Assembly (NCBI GenBank): GCA_963701085.1
Contig: OY969561.1
Coordinates: 960,001 to 1,024,000, forward strand
Source of the DNA: an uncultured bacterium
GTDB taxonomy: Bacteria > Babelota > Babeliae > Babelales > Vermiphilaceae
DNA: 64,000 nucleotides
Direction of reading: 5' to 3'
This document shows, piece by piece, positions 10,716-21,015 of this stretch. A program made the position numbers and the translations under genes. Below the pieces are notes generated by a model, which saw only the letters and a list, made by a program, of their open reading frames with translations, searched no databases and was not told the DNA's origin. How positions within the stretch are numbered: the first letter of the stretch is position 1; each line of letters begins with the position of its first letter.

Positions 10716-11489
10716 ATGAATAAGACATCATTATATATTGCCACAGTAATCATTTTAGCAACCTCCGGAATAATTTGGTACCGAGCAGCAAAAACAATAA
10801 TTACTGCCACAGAACTTGATACCGTTATTGTAGGCACTAACGCTGAATTTCCGCCATTTTCATTCAAAGAAAATGATATCATGACCGGTTTTGATATCGA
10901 TGTTATTACTGAAGTTCTTACACGGCTTAATAAAAAATTTATTTTCAAAGATATGCCTTTTGAGGCACTCCTTCCAGAAATTCAACTCGGCAACATTCAC
11001 GTTATTGCAGCAGGAATCACACCAACCAAGGAACGTGGGAAACGAACACTATTCACTCGACCGCATTTAGCGGCCGGTAATCCATTAATTATTATTTCTT
11101 TATCTAGCCTACCTTTAACAGCTCTCGATGATCTTACAGGAAAAACCATCGTGGTGAATGAAGGCTATGTGGCAGATTCTTATATATCAGAGCAATCAGG
11201 AATACATATTATTCGTCTTTCTTCTGCCGCAGTGAGCGATGGTATGTTAGCACTAGAAAGCGGTAGAGCTGATGCATTTGTTACCGCAGCATTTTCCATG
11301 AAGCCATATTTCGATAAATATAGTGCTAAAAATTTTTCTGTAACACCAATCCCAGGAACAGAAGAAACAAGCGCATTCGCCGTATCAAAACATTACCGAG
11401 AACTACGCGATTACATGCAAGTTACGCTCGATCGTATGCAAGAAGATGGCACGCTCGATACCTTAAAAAGAAAATGGAATCTTTTATGA
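10716..11489 (+). CDS. Polar amino-acid ABC transporter substrate-binding protein
   Basis: VGTNAEFPPF, GFDID, TPTKER, GRADA motifs (SBP family 3). Confidence 0.92.
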   Translation: MNKTSLYIATVIILATSGIIWYRAAKTIITATELDTVIVGTNAEFPPFSFKENDIMTGFDIDVITEVLTRLNKKFIFKDMPFEALLPEIQLGNIHVIAAGITPTKERGKRTLFTRPHLAAGNPLIIISLSSLPLTALDDLTGKTIVVNEGYVADSYISEQSGIHIIRLSSAAVSDGMLALESGRADAFVTAAFSMKPYFDKYSAKNFSVTPIPGTEETSAFAVSKHYRELRDYMQVTLDRMQEDGTLDTLKRKWNLL

Positions 11490-12148
11490 TTATTGACTTT
11501 AATCTTATCATTGAATATTTGCCAGTACTGCTCCAAGGACTCGTTGTTACGCTCCAGATAGCAGGTTTTGGCTGCTGCATTGGTCTTATACTGGGTACCA
11601 TACTTGCGCTCATGCAAACAAGTAAAAATTCTTTATTGCGCATGATCGTAACCGGTTACGTTGTCATTATTCGTGGCACACCAATGCTTATTCAGATTTT
11701 TAGTGCCTATTTTTTATTACCGCAAATTGGTATACACATCTCTGCATTATGGACGGCAATTATTGCTATCGGATTAAACAGTGCTGCCTATATCAGTCAA
11801 ATTATGAGATCAGGAATTTCATCAATTGGCATTGGGCAACTGGAAGCTGCAAAAGTGCTTGGTTTTTCTACTGCCGATACTATTTACTACATTGTATTAC
11901 CCCAAGCATTACGCACAACATTGCCTGCTCTTGGTAATGAATTTGTAACACTCATAAAAGATTCATCACTTGCATCACTCATTGGCGTGGAAGAACTGAC
12001 CAAGCAAGGAAATATTGTAAAAAGTAAAACATTCGATGCAATCACCGTTTATTTTGCTATCGCTGTTCTCTATCTTATTGTCACCTCAACAATCTCTTTC
12101 TTTGTTGCACGCCTAGAAAAAAGGATGGATCTTCATGCTCAAGATTGA
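11486..12148 (+). CDS. Polar amino-acid ABC transporter permease
   Basis: IRGTPMLIQ, GQLEAAKVLG (EAA loop), LIKDSSLAS; start chosen at ATG overlapping the upstream stop. Confidence 0.92.
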   Translation: MIIDFNLIIEYLPVLLQGLVVTLQIAGFGCCIGLILGTILALMQTSKNSLLRMIVTGYVVIIRGTPMLIQIFSAYFLLPQIGIHISALWTAIIAIGLNSAAYISQIMRSGISSIGIGQLEAAKVLGFSTADTIYYIVLPQALRTTLPALGNEFVTLIKDSSLASLIGVEELTKQGNIVKSKTFDAITVYFAIAVLYLIVTSTISFFVARLEKRMDLHAQD

Positions 12149-12851
12149 TAATGTAACCAAATCATTTAACAAAAAAAAAATTCTCAACAACGTATCTTTT
12201 ACCGTGCAAAAAGGTGAAATTGCACTGTTTTTAGGTTCATCCGGCGTGGGTAAATCAACACTGCTGCGTATTTTAAACAACCTAGAAACAGTCAATAGCG
12301 GAACTATTTCTTTGAATGGCACGCCAATTAATCTTACAACTATTAATACAACACACACCGTTGGTATGGTATTCCAACATTTTAATCTTTTTGATCACCT
12401 GACTGTTGAACAAAATATCACGCTACCACTGGAACGTGTACTCAAAAAAAGTTCTCTTGAAGCACAAAAAATTACACACACATTATTAGAGCGTTATGGA
12501 TTATTAGACAAAAAAAATAAATATGCCGCACAACTTTCTGGTGGGCAAAAACAACGTCTTGCTATTGCGCGTGCATTGGCAATGGAACCAAAAATAATCT
12601 GCTTAGACGAACCAACTTCAGCCCTTGATCCGGTACTTACTTCATATGTTGCTAACAATATTCAGCACCTTGCAAACGATGGTTACATTGTTCTTGTTGC
12701 AACACATGATACCGATTTACTCAAAAAACTTAATTGCACCATTTACTTGATGAGTGAAGGATCAATCATTGAAACAGCGCAATCACAACAATTACATAAT
12801 AACCCTGATACATTCCCACGTATAAAAAAATTTATTGCTGGTCATGAATAA
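12135..12851 (+). CDS. Polar amino-acid ABC transporter ATP-binding protein
   Basis: GSSGVGKST, LSGGQKQR, LDEPTSALDP. Confidence 0.93.
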   Translation: MLKIDNVTKSFNKKKILNNVSFTVQKGEIALFLGSSGVGKSTLLRILNNLETVNSGTISLNGTPINLTTINTTHTVGMVFQHFNLFDHLTVEQNITLPLERVLKKSSLEAQKITHTLLERYGLLDKKNKYAAQLSGGQKQRLAIARALAMEPKIICLDEPTSALDPVLTSYVANNIQHLANDGYIVLVATHDTDLLKKLNCTIYLMSEGSIIETAQSQQLHNNPDTFPRIKKFIAGHE

Positions 12852-12868
12852 AGTTCATTGTGCGATGC

Positions 12869-12897
12869 TTGACAAAGCACTGAGCGATTGTTAGCAT
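12869..12897 (+). promoter_or_regulatory. Sigma70-type promoter
   Basis: TTGACA-17 bp-TAGCAT with extended -10 TG. Confidence 0.55.
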
Positions 12898-12903
12898 TAG
12901 GCA

Positions 12904-13006
12904 AATATTAAAGAAATATAAAAAACGTCCCTAACTGAACAATGTATAAAAAAGCATTGTTCACCCCCCTAACCCTTCAGCTTATTCAAAGTTGAAGGGA
13001 TTTTTT
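12904..13006 (+). ncRNA. Candidate ~100-nt small RNA
   Basis: Follows promoter; hairpin tgaacaatg/cattgttca, C-rich linker, terminator cccttcagc/gttgaaggg plus T run; no ORF. Confidence 0.4.
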
Positions 13007-13013
13007 ATGACCT

Positions 13014-13216
13014 CCTTCGATACATTTTTGCAAGCAAAAACACTTCCTCCGTCGCTAAAGCTATGGAGGACACAGCAGGATGATTCTTTTGGGTACCCAT
13101 CGAAAGGAACTGAAGATGGGTTTAATGAGCGGAAGAGAAAAGACGTTTGAGAATTTCCCCCACCCGCTCGCCCTGAGTGTTCTACGGAGTATAACGTAGT
13201 AGAATGTATCGAAGGG
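13014..13216. repeat. Inverted pair of REP-like elements with two nested palindromic insertions
   Basis: Left unit ccttcgataca...cact|caggatga|gcgg is interrupted twice; right unit ccgctcgccctgagtg...tgtatcgaagg. Confidence 0.7.
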
Positions 13217-13229
13217 TGCGAAATAAAAA

Positions 13230-13805
13230 TTACTTCCTCACCACAACCAACCCAGCATCAAAACTCATCTGAAAGTTATCATCAGCAACACGGGTAAAAC
13301 TAACGTGAGAAATGGTAATCATAGAACGAGAATTTTTTATTGTTTCCAAAAACGTCATTAATTTTTGCATTGAACCAGCAACATCAAAATGCGCTAAATC
13401 TTTGGAGTACCATGTTTTATCTTTGGTATTGCATGATCCATACACATTCAATGTAAGACCGGCCTTTGCAATGCTATCCAACACAAATAACATGCGTTGA
13501 TGGCAATGCTCTTCTCTTTTGTCAGAAGCTATTGCACGATCATCTATATTTTTTTTACTTGATTCAACAACCGTTAATAATTCCTTACCACTTTTGTGTA
13601 ACTGAACACTGTCATCAGATTTTTTTTGCAATGTCATACACTCAGATTGCAACAACGCAATATGCCCAAGCAGCGGATAATAAACCCCATAGATACCAAC
13701 AACAACAAATGCACTGAATGAAAAAAGCATCGCTAAATAACAACGCTTTAAACTTGTATGTGCAATATAATTATAGATCGCATTATTACGCGCAATAAAA
13801 TACAT
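13230..13805 (-). CDS. PilO/GspM-like inner-membrane assembly protein
   Basis: Single N-terminal TM, coiled coil, then ferredoxin-like VAGSMQKLMTFLETIKNSRSMITISHVSF pattern. Confidence 0.55.
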   Translation of the reverse strand: MYFIARNNAIYNYIAHTSLKRCYLAMLFSFSAFVVVGIYGVYYPLLGHIALLQSECMTLQKKSDDSVQLHKSGKELLTVVESSKKNIDDRAIASDKREEHCHQRMLFVLDSIAKAGLTLNVYGSCNTKDKTWYSKDLAHFDVAGSMQKLMTFLETIKNSRSMITISHVSFTRVADDNFQMSFDAGLVVVRK

Positions 13806-13837
13806 TACATGTCTCCTTTTTATTACAATAACTTCCT

Positions 13838-13877
13838 CCGCTCATCCTGAGTGCCCCGTTAGGGGTGTATCGAAGGA
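13838..13877. repeat. REP-like element
   Basis: ccgctcatcctgagtgccccgttaggggtgtatcgaagga. Confidence 0.75.
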
Positions 13878-13887
13878 CTCCTTATCT

Positions 13888-14622
13888 TTACAATTTTACT
13901 GTTTTAAGATACTCAGACTGAAGACCCGCTAACCGATTACATACAATAAATATCACCATGCTTACAAAAGATTCAAATATAAAAAACGCCTCAATTTTTT
14001 TTCCATATTTAAAATTCAATGTCACTAACAAACAAAACATTCCAGAAAATGTGCTCAGTAGACTAGTAACCAATATACGATACAACGTAGAATTCATATG
14101 ATTTACACATAAACAAAGTCCTTTTTTTATATTTTCACTAGCCATTTCAGCAATTATTTTATAATCATCAGCACAAATATCACCTTCATAAAATAATGAA
14201 TGATCCGCTATCCTAATAAGCACATCTCGTTGTTTACGTGGCAAAACAAACAATTCTTGCGCTAAAAATCTCTTATTACCAATTTTATGCTGGCACATCT
14301 TTTGCAACTGATAAAATTCTTGAGCACATTTGACTCCCAAGAATACTGGCACATGTAAAGTATGTTCTTCCAATTGTCGCTGATCAGTACATTTTTTTGA
14401 TTTTTTATCTTCAGAAATAATAAGATTAAAAAAATCTTTAATTATTTTACCTTGCAGTTCCAATGGCAGCTCATCAATATAATTTTCTTGAGAACGCCGT
14501 AAAACTATTGGTTCTTCACAATCATCACATAGAGCACTGCTCACAAGAGACAATGTTGGCAAATCCATTGCATGTGAATAAAATGCAAAAAATATAAATA
14601 CTGTATATCGTAATGTTTTCAT
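13888..14622 (-). CDS. Hypothetical secreted protein with F-box-like motif and C-terminal TM hairpin
   Basis: Signal ...SHA-MD; IDELPLELQGKII; two C-terminal hydrophobic segments. Confidence 0.6.
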   Translation of the reverse strand: MKTLRYTVFIFFAFYSHAMDLPTLSLVSSALCDDCEEPIVLRRSQENYIDELPLELQGKIIKDFFNLIISEDKKSKKCTDQRQLEEHTLHVPVFLGVKCAQEFYQLQKMCQHKIGNKRFLAQELFVLPRKQRDVLIRIADHSLFYEGDICADDYKIIAEMASENIKKGLCLCVNHMNSTLYRILVTSLLSTFSGMFCLLVTLNFKYGKKIEAFFIFESFVSMVIFIVCNRLAGLQSEYLKTVKL

Positions 14623-15815
14623 TACAGCGTCGCTTTAATCCACTGCAACGGATCAACCGGTGTATTATTTATGCGCATTTCCCAATGCAAATGATATCCG
14701 GTAGCGTATCCTGTTTTGCCGATAGTACCAAGCGGGTTACCTTGTGAAATTTTTTGCCCAACTTCAATATCAGCAAAATCATCTAAGTGATAAAAAAGTG
14801 ACAAAATACCAAGACCATGATCAATAATTACGGTATTACCGCTCGGTGCAAATCTATCTTTCATCACCACAATGCCATCCTGCGGAGCCCAAACAACACT
14901 GCGGGGCATATTAATCACATCAACAGCTTTATGCGCATAGCGCCCCTTGTGTTGCGTTGTACGAATGGTGCCATAATCACACGTAACGCGTTGAATTTCT
15001 ATCGGTGAACAAAACGTACCGCGCCATAATTTTTCACGCGGTGACTGCGTTGATAATTGTGCAATATCATCCTCTAAATTTTTACCGTCACGCCCCAAAG
15101 ACTTTTCTTCTTGAACTTTATCAGCAGTCACGGTAATAACTTCTTTTTTAAATGGATAGACAACAATCTGGAACTTATTATCAAGATGTAAAGTGTTACC
15201 AACCTTATCTTCTATATCAACGGAGAAAAGATATTCATTTGGTTGATCTTCACATTCGATTGGAATAAAACATTCATATATTTTTGAATTTTTAGCTTCT
15301 GGAAAACATTCAAACGTACGAGACAGCGTATTAATAAACGCATGCTTTATCTCTTTATTTGCCTGAAATTGAATATGCAATGTTCTTCCCTGAAACACTT
15401 TATATGGCGCTCCAGTTTTTACAAACACCGCTTGCAATGGTAAATTATCCACATAAAATTCACGACTTAAAGCTGTCTTATTACGATTAAAGGTACTATC
15501 AGCAAATTCAACTTTCAGAAGATGTTTTCCATTGCTCAATGTTTTGGTTGGAATGGTAAATAATTGACCATCGTGGTTCGCTTTAACTCGTACACCATTA
15601 GCCAAATTTTGCGCATCAAGCCACAATGAAATATCACCCGTTTTATCTGCCTGCACCGCACAACGCACATCGCCTGCATAACAACAATTTTCATTAATAC
15701 CATTTATTCCAACGCACGCAACTGTTGTATCTAAAAAATAAGCGTACATCTGCCAACCAATCCACGATGCAATAATTAATGCAATAACTTTAGGAGCATG
15801 TTTCAAAAGAATCAT
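14622..15815 (-). CDS. M23 family metallopeptidase
   Basis: HKAVD (HxxxD), YHL, ATGYHLHWE motifs. Confidence 0.9.
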   Translation of the reverse strand: MILLKHAPKVIALIIASWIGWQMYAYFLDTTVACVGINGINENCCYAGDVRCAVQADKTGDISLWLDAQNLANGVRVKANHDGQLFTIPTKTLSNGKHLLKVEFADSTFNRNKTALSREFYVDNLPLQAVFVKTGAPYKVFQGRTLHIQFQANKEIKHAFINTLSRTFECFPEAKNSKIYECFIPIECEDQPNEYLFSVDIEDKVGNTLHLDNKFQIVVYPFKKEVITVTADKVQEEKSLGRDGKNLEDDIAQLSTQSPREKLWRGTFCSPIEIQRVTCDYGTIRTTQHKGRYAHKAVDVINMPRSVVWAPQDGIVVMKDRFAPSGNTVIIDHGLGILSLFYHLDDFADIEVGQKISQGNPLGTIGKTGYATGYHLHWEMRINNTPVDPLQWIKATL

Positions 15816-15947
15816 AATAATAAAAGTTCAGAATTGAAAAAATTGTCATAATTTTAATAAATGTTAAAGTTAGTATAATTACTTTTCACCGGAAGGTAAA
15901 AACTAAAAAAACTTACCTACAATAAGCGATTCTCAAAACACTCTTAC

Positions 15948-16030
15948 CCATCATTTATATAGATTTTTGATGGTAAAAGCATCATATTTCATAATTTTTG
16001 ATGGTTTGACCATCATATTTACTACTTTTT
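15948..16030. promoter_or_regulatory. Three 31-bp-period palindromic sites CCATCA-N14-TGATGG
   Basis: Units at 15948-15973, 15979-16004 and a half site at 16010, in the divergent M23/uvrC intergenic region. Confidence 0.5.
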
Positions 16031-16082
16031 ACGCCAAAGATTCCTACATTATAATTATACCATTTGTGTTAGACTTAAAAAT

Positions 16083-17368
16083 ATGAAAGTATCAATAAAG
16101 AAACTGGAAAAATCAATCCCGAAGCTGACCGGCGTCTATCTTTTTAAAGACGCAGAGGATACTTTTATCTATATTGGCAAGGCGAAAAACTTGCATCACC
16201 GCGTCAATTCCTACTTCCAAAAATACAACACAGACTGGAAAATCAAGCAACTTATTGATGGATATGCTGATATAGACTATATTCTTACTCCAACGGAAAC
16301 AGAAAGCTTGCTCCTGGAGGCTGAATTGGTACAAAAATATAAGCCAAAATTCAATGTGCTTCTCAAAGAAGGTCAACCCTTTCTTTATATCCTTTATTTA
16401 CTCCTACTGAAACTCCCAACCATAGAGCTTGTTCGCAATAAAAAGAAAAAAGGAACCTATTTTGGTCCCTTTCTGCAAAAAAGTCCTGCCCGCAAAACAT
16501 TCCACTTTTTAATGCAGACCTTCAACCTGAAGCTCTGTAATAAAAAAATAGAACTGGGATGCCTTGACTACCACATTGGCAACTGCGCGGGCAACTGCAA
16601 ACCAAATTTTGATCTTACTGATTACTGCTTCCGGATTACTCTTGCACGAGAAGCATTAAAAAATAATCAGGATGGTTTTATACAAAACATTAAAGATCAA
16701 ATGAAAAAATACAGTACAGAATTTGCTTTTGAAAAAGCACAACGCTTGCATGAATATTTGCAAAATGTTGATACCATTTTTAACACACTCAACACACATT
16801 TCAGCGCAGATAAATTTGCAACTGATATCTTTGTTGCAAGCACACCAACGTCCCTACTTCGCCAGACGAAAAAAACAGTATCAATACTGAACTGCAAAAA
16901 TTTTTGGGCTTTGCCCTCCCGGTGCGCACCATTGACTGTTTTGACATTTCACATTTTCAAAGCAGTTATCTTGTTGGATCATGCGTGCGATTTACTGATG
17001 GGCAACCAGAGAAAAGTATGTTCCGTCATTTTAAAATTAAAACATTAACCGAACAAAATGATTATGCTGCTTTACAAGAAATTATAAGTAGACGTTATAA
17101 AAACAAAACAGATCTTCCTGATCTTATTGTTATTGATGGCGGCAAAGGGCAACTGAGTGCTGCATACCACGTATTACCTGATGCTCCGATTGTCAGCTTG
17201 GCCAAACGTGAAGAAACAATGTATGGTCCACAGTTTCCTGATGGTATTATCCTTGATATCAAAACTAATGTTGGAAAATTGCTCATTGCGCTCCGTGATT
17301 ATGCACATCATTTTGCGATTAGCTATCATCGATTAAAAAGAAAAAAAGGATTAACCTATTCAAAATAA
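16083..17368 (+). CDS. uvrC: Excinuclease UvrC (frameshift near 16870; no C-terminal HhH seen)
   Basis: GIY-YIG GVYLF..YIGKAKNL, Cys cluster, then CFDISH, NDYAAL, PDLIVIDGGKGQL, LRDYAHHFAISYHR. Confidence 0.88.
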
Positions 17369-17385
17369 ACATCTATATTTTTAGA

Positions 17386-17879
17386 CTAACCTGTTAATAC
17401 ACAGCACGCGCCAATTATGCAGCCAACGCATGTGCAGATGGGTAATCCATACCACATCATATCATTCATAACTCTCACTGGTGTAAAAATATCACACCAG
17501 AAGCACATACACCCATCTAATATAGTATATGCACACATTCCATTAGCACCACTCATCAAACCAAAACAACTCCCACGTCCTGCTCCTTTGAGTACACGAG
17601 CACATCTATCAGAAGTTGCGGCATTTTTCTTTGTATTTCGGTACCATAGAACGAGTTATCTCGTGTGTTTTTATAGGTTACCCATAAATCAACTTCCACC
17701 AATTCTTCATCCTGCTTACATAGCCTCTGTATACATTTAATAGTTCTATCCTGAGCTTCTTTTGGCAATGATGTTATGACATAATGCATCAATGGAATCT
17801 TTGAAGGAACGATGTCCATAGAATGCAACATAGATGATATACATAATAAGATAGTATAAAAAACCCTATAAATTAACAT
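17386..17879 (-). CDS. Hypothetical secreted protein with Cys-rich hydrophobic C-terminus; frameshifted
   Basis: Signal ...LHS-MD; SLPKEAQ; alternate frame continues CFGLMSGANGMC...CVGCIIGACCVLTG*. Confidence 0.5.
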
Positions 17880-17979
17880 TTTTATAACAATGAAGAGAAA
17901 GATTTATCGGTTTGTTTTGAACTAAATAAATTCAACAAACGAGGACAACAACGACCATACCTAAATTCTTCACCATCAC

Positions 17980-19081
17980 CTAAAGGATGCGTGTTAAAGA
18001 AGGCTTTGGAACTACTGCTTGCTCACCTGATAAAGAACTTGTAAGAGATGATTCACTTGATGAAGAGCTCGTGAGGTCTTGAGATTTACTTTCTATACCC
18101 ATAGTATATTTTTTAGTAATGATATGATTATTACAACAATCTTTCTTTTTATCAAAATCTTTCTTATTTTCTGCAAAATACTTATTCAACATAAAATAAC
18201 AACAGCGAGCTTTTGCTGAATTTTCTGGGCGTACAGAATCTAAGGTTGTATCTTGTGTAAATGTTCTAAATTTATTGAATGCAAGCTTATAAACGGTCAA
18301 TTTATCACTATTTTCCGCCTCTTTTGATATATAATTTTTCTTCATAAGTTTATATAACTCATCAGCATCATGTTGATCTACAATAATATGAGCCAACGTA
18401 TTACCTCTTAGCGTCTACTATTTTTTGATACATATCAGACAACCCACTAGAACTATTAGATTGATCTTGATTTAAAAAGGGAGTTAATAACTCTTCTTCA
18501 ATGATAAATTGCGTGTTCTGTGCTCTATGTTGTAGTTGTAGCATTATCATTTTTTCCAAATAAGACTCTTTACATGAGTTAAAAATAGTATTTGTTTTAT
18601 AATGCTCAATAATAGATTTCAGTATAGCATACGCAGTGTCTCTTTTTTCTAGATCTATCCTTGGTGATAATTGTTCAGCGCAAAATGTAACAAAATCAGC
18701 ACATTCTTTTTCTGAATGATATTTTATATTTCCTTTTGCTATAAGCCATAGCGTAATTGGTAAATCTATTTTTTTTATCGCATATTGAAAAAATCCATTT
18801 TGTTCATCATCTTTTGCCAAATGTATATAGTCAGCACTATTTTCACATCCGGTTATAAAAGAAATCACCTCAAGTATATTATTCATATCTTGAGGCGTAA
18901 ATTCATCACTTGTTTTATATTTTTCTAAACAATTTTTTAGCTGATTATTGCAATCATCATTAAGATATTTCTCTGTTTCTTTATAATCTATACTACTATC
19001 TTGTTGAGGTTGTTCCATGCAATACAACGTAACATGAGTGATAAAGAAACAGAGAAATAATATTACTGGTACATTCTTCAT
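17980..19081 (-). CDS. Secreted ankyrin-like repeat protein; frameshift near 18400
   Basis: Two ORFs together align with 19198-20205 (LSDMYQKIVD / GNTLAHII, CCYFML). Confidence 0.7.
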
Positions 19082-19197
19082 TTGGTGCCTTTTTTTTAAT
19101 GAAAAGATAAAAAATAGTTGGCTTATTTTAACAATTTAGAATGAAAAAACAAGCATTAGCTCATCTATAGGCACCAAATAATGATGTGTTTATTTTT

Positions 19198-20205
19198 TTA
19201 AATAATATGTTTATCACAACATTGTTTAAAATCTGTGTTGTTATCCTGCTTTCTTTGAAAATTCAAGAGCATAAAATAACAACATTTCTTTCTACTATCT
19301 TCCTGAGAAACTGTTGAAATAGTAAAATCTTTGCTGGGAGCACATTGCTCAAAAAGCCTGTGTGCTACCTCAAGAAAGATTTTTTGTGCTAACGCAAGAG
19401 GATTTAATGTGTCTTTATTTTTTGCAAATGTAATGTAATTTTTTCCTATAAAAGTATACAACATATCAGACAAGTGGCGTGATACAAGCATATGAGTGAA
19501 TGTATTCTCTTCTGCGTCCCGTATTTCCTGATAAATTTCTGATAACACAATAGGCTTTTCTATAAGGTCTTGTTGCGATACTACACCTTGTCCTGAAAAA
19601 TATTTTGATGCATCCTCTTTTATAAAATTAGTACCATGCTTTATATGCTCAAACTCTAATGTCACTATTTTCTTTAAAAAACATCTTCGATGATTATAGT
19701 TAAAACCAACCTTGTCATAGCCAGCAATTAATTTAGTAAATATCTTATAAGATTCCTCTCTATTGCCTTCCTCTGCATTCGGCATTAATTGATCAATACA
19801 AAGATCAATGGGTTCTTTACCAGCATTATTTGGCATACTCAATGAATATTTCATACAATCAATCACCCATTCTGTCATTTTTAAATCTCTATGTTTTACT
19901 ACAATGTGTGCAAAAGTATTCCCTTCTGCATCATATACATCTCTATGTAAACACTTACTGAGAAAAGATAAATTTTCCTTGTTTGTCATCTTAGCATAGG
20001 TATTCTTTATGTTCTGCATATCATCATAGCTAAAAGATTCTTTTTTATATTCCGTTAAACGATTACCTAAATATTTTTTAAAATCATTTTTTATTATTTC
20101 TTTAGCATCTCCATCACTCTCATAATTAAAAGCTGTATCAAACTCCATAGAATGCAGTGTAACACTACTCAAAAGTAAGCAAGAAAGTAATTGTATATTC
20201 TTCAT
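19198..20205 (-). CDS. Secreted ankyrin-like repeat protein
   Basis: Signal ...LHS-ME; DAEGNTFAH, NNAGKEPIDL, ENTFTH, NKDTLNPLALA. Confidence 0.75.
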   Translation of the reverse strand: MKNIQLLSCLLLSSVTLHSMEFDTAFNYESDGDAKEIIKNDFKKYLGNRLTEYKKESFSYDDMQNIKNTYAKMTNKENLSFLSKCLHRDVYDAEGNTFAHIVVKHRDLKMTEWVIDCMKYSLSMPNNAGKEPIDLCIDQLMPNAEEGNREESYKIFTKLIAGYDKVGFNYNHRRCFLKKIVTLEFEHIKHGTNFIKEDASKYFSGQGVVSQQDLIEKPIVLSEIYQEIRDAEENTFTHMLVSRHLSDMLYTFIGKNYITFAKNKDTLNPLALAQKIFLEVAHRLFEQCAPSKDFTISTVSQEDSRKKCCYFMLLNFQRKQDNNTDFKQCCDKHII

Positions 20206-20305
20206 ATGAACCCTTTTTTAATAAGAAGGTGAAAAACAGTTGGCCCATCCTAAATAATTTAAAGTTTAAAAAACAAGTAATTTTTTTTAACAAAATGAGT
20301 TGTTT

Positions 20306-20923
20306 CTAAAACAGTGACTCTTCAGCATTAAACTTAAGCCAAAAGAGCAATTTTCCTATATAATTTTTTAACTCTTTTGATATCTCTAACGCAAAATATG
20401 CATAACAGATGGGATATATTTCCTTTATGATGGATGGTGCGCATTCTTTAAATTTTGTAAAAAATACCACTTCCCTGTCTTGTGCTGTTGGCTTAAAATC
20501 ATAGCTCAATAATGTTTGTATACACTCTTTTTTTACTGCAAAGGGTGCCGTTGCCATTGTTATTATACCCAAAGCAGAACATTCTTTTATTCGTTCATTA
20601 CAATAAAGTTGTATATAAAATTCCCCTTTCTGCATAAGCCCTCTCTCAAAATCATCATAAGTTTTTGCAGTATAAATAGAATACAAAAAAAGAGATGCTG
20701 CTGGAGACCATCCTCTGACAACATGCCCATTATGACGCTCATATAGCTCATTTTTTATTGTTAATATAACATTTTCGCATTTTAATTTTTTAACGAACAA
20801 AGACTCAGAAATTTGTTTTAAGTCGGATTTTTTCTTCAGCACTACCATTTCCATACATCCTGTTATAGTGGAAAATAAAAAGAATAGTAACACCATCAAA
20901 AAATGAGTTTTTTTATGTATCAT
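20306..20923 (-). CDS. Hypothetical secreted protein
   Basis: Signal ...TGC-ME; C-terminal ISKELKNYIGKLL. Confidence 0.6.
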   Translation of the reverse strand: MIHKKTHFLMVLLFFLFSTITGCMEMVVLKKKSDLKQISESLFVKKLKCENVILTIKNELYERHNGHVVRGWSPAASLFLYSIYTAKTYDDFERGLMQKGEFYIQLYCNERIKECSALGIITMATAPFAVKKECIQTLLSYDFKPTAQDREVVFFTKFKECAPSIIKEIYPICYAYFALEISKELKNYIGKLLFWLKFNAEESLF

Positions 20924-21015
20924 ATTGAGATTCCTCTTTTATTAATAAACTCTAGCTCTTATAAAAAACTTCATGGTAGTATCAGGAAAATTATTCCCTA
21001 CTATCAAGGAAACCT

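Noticed and set aside
10565-10948. Antisense ORF and other short overlapping ORFs in the track
   Set aside because: Shadows of well-supported genes or repeats, with no motifs.
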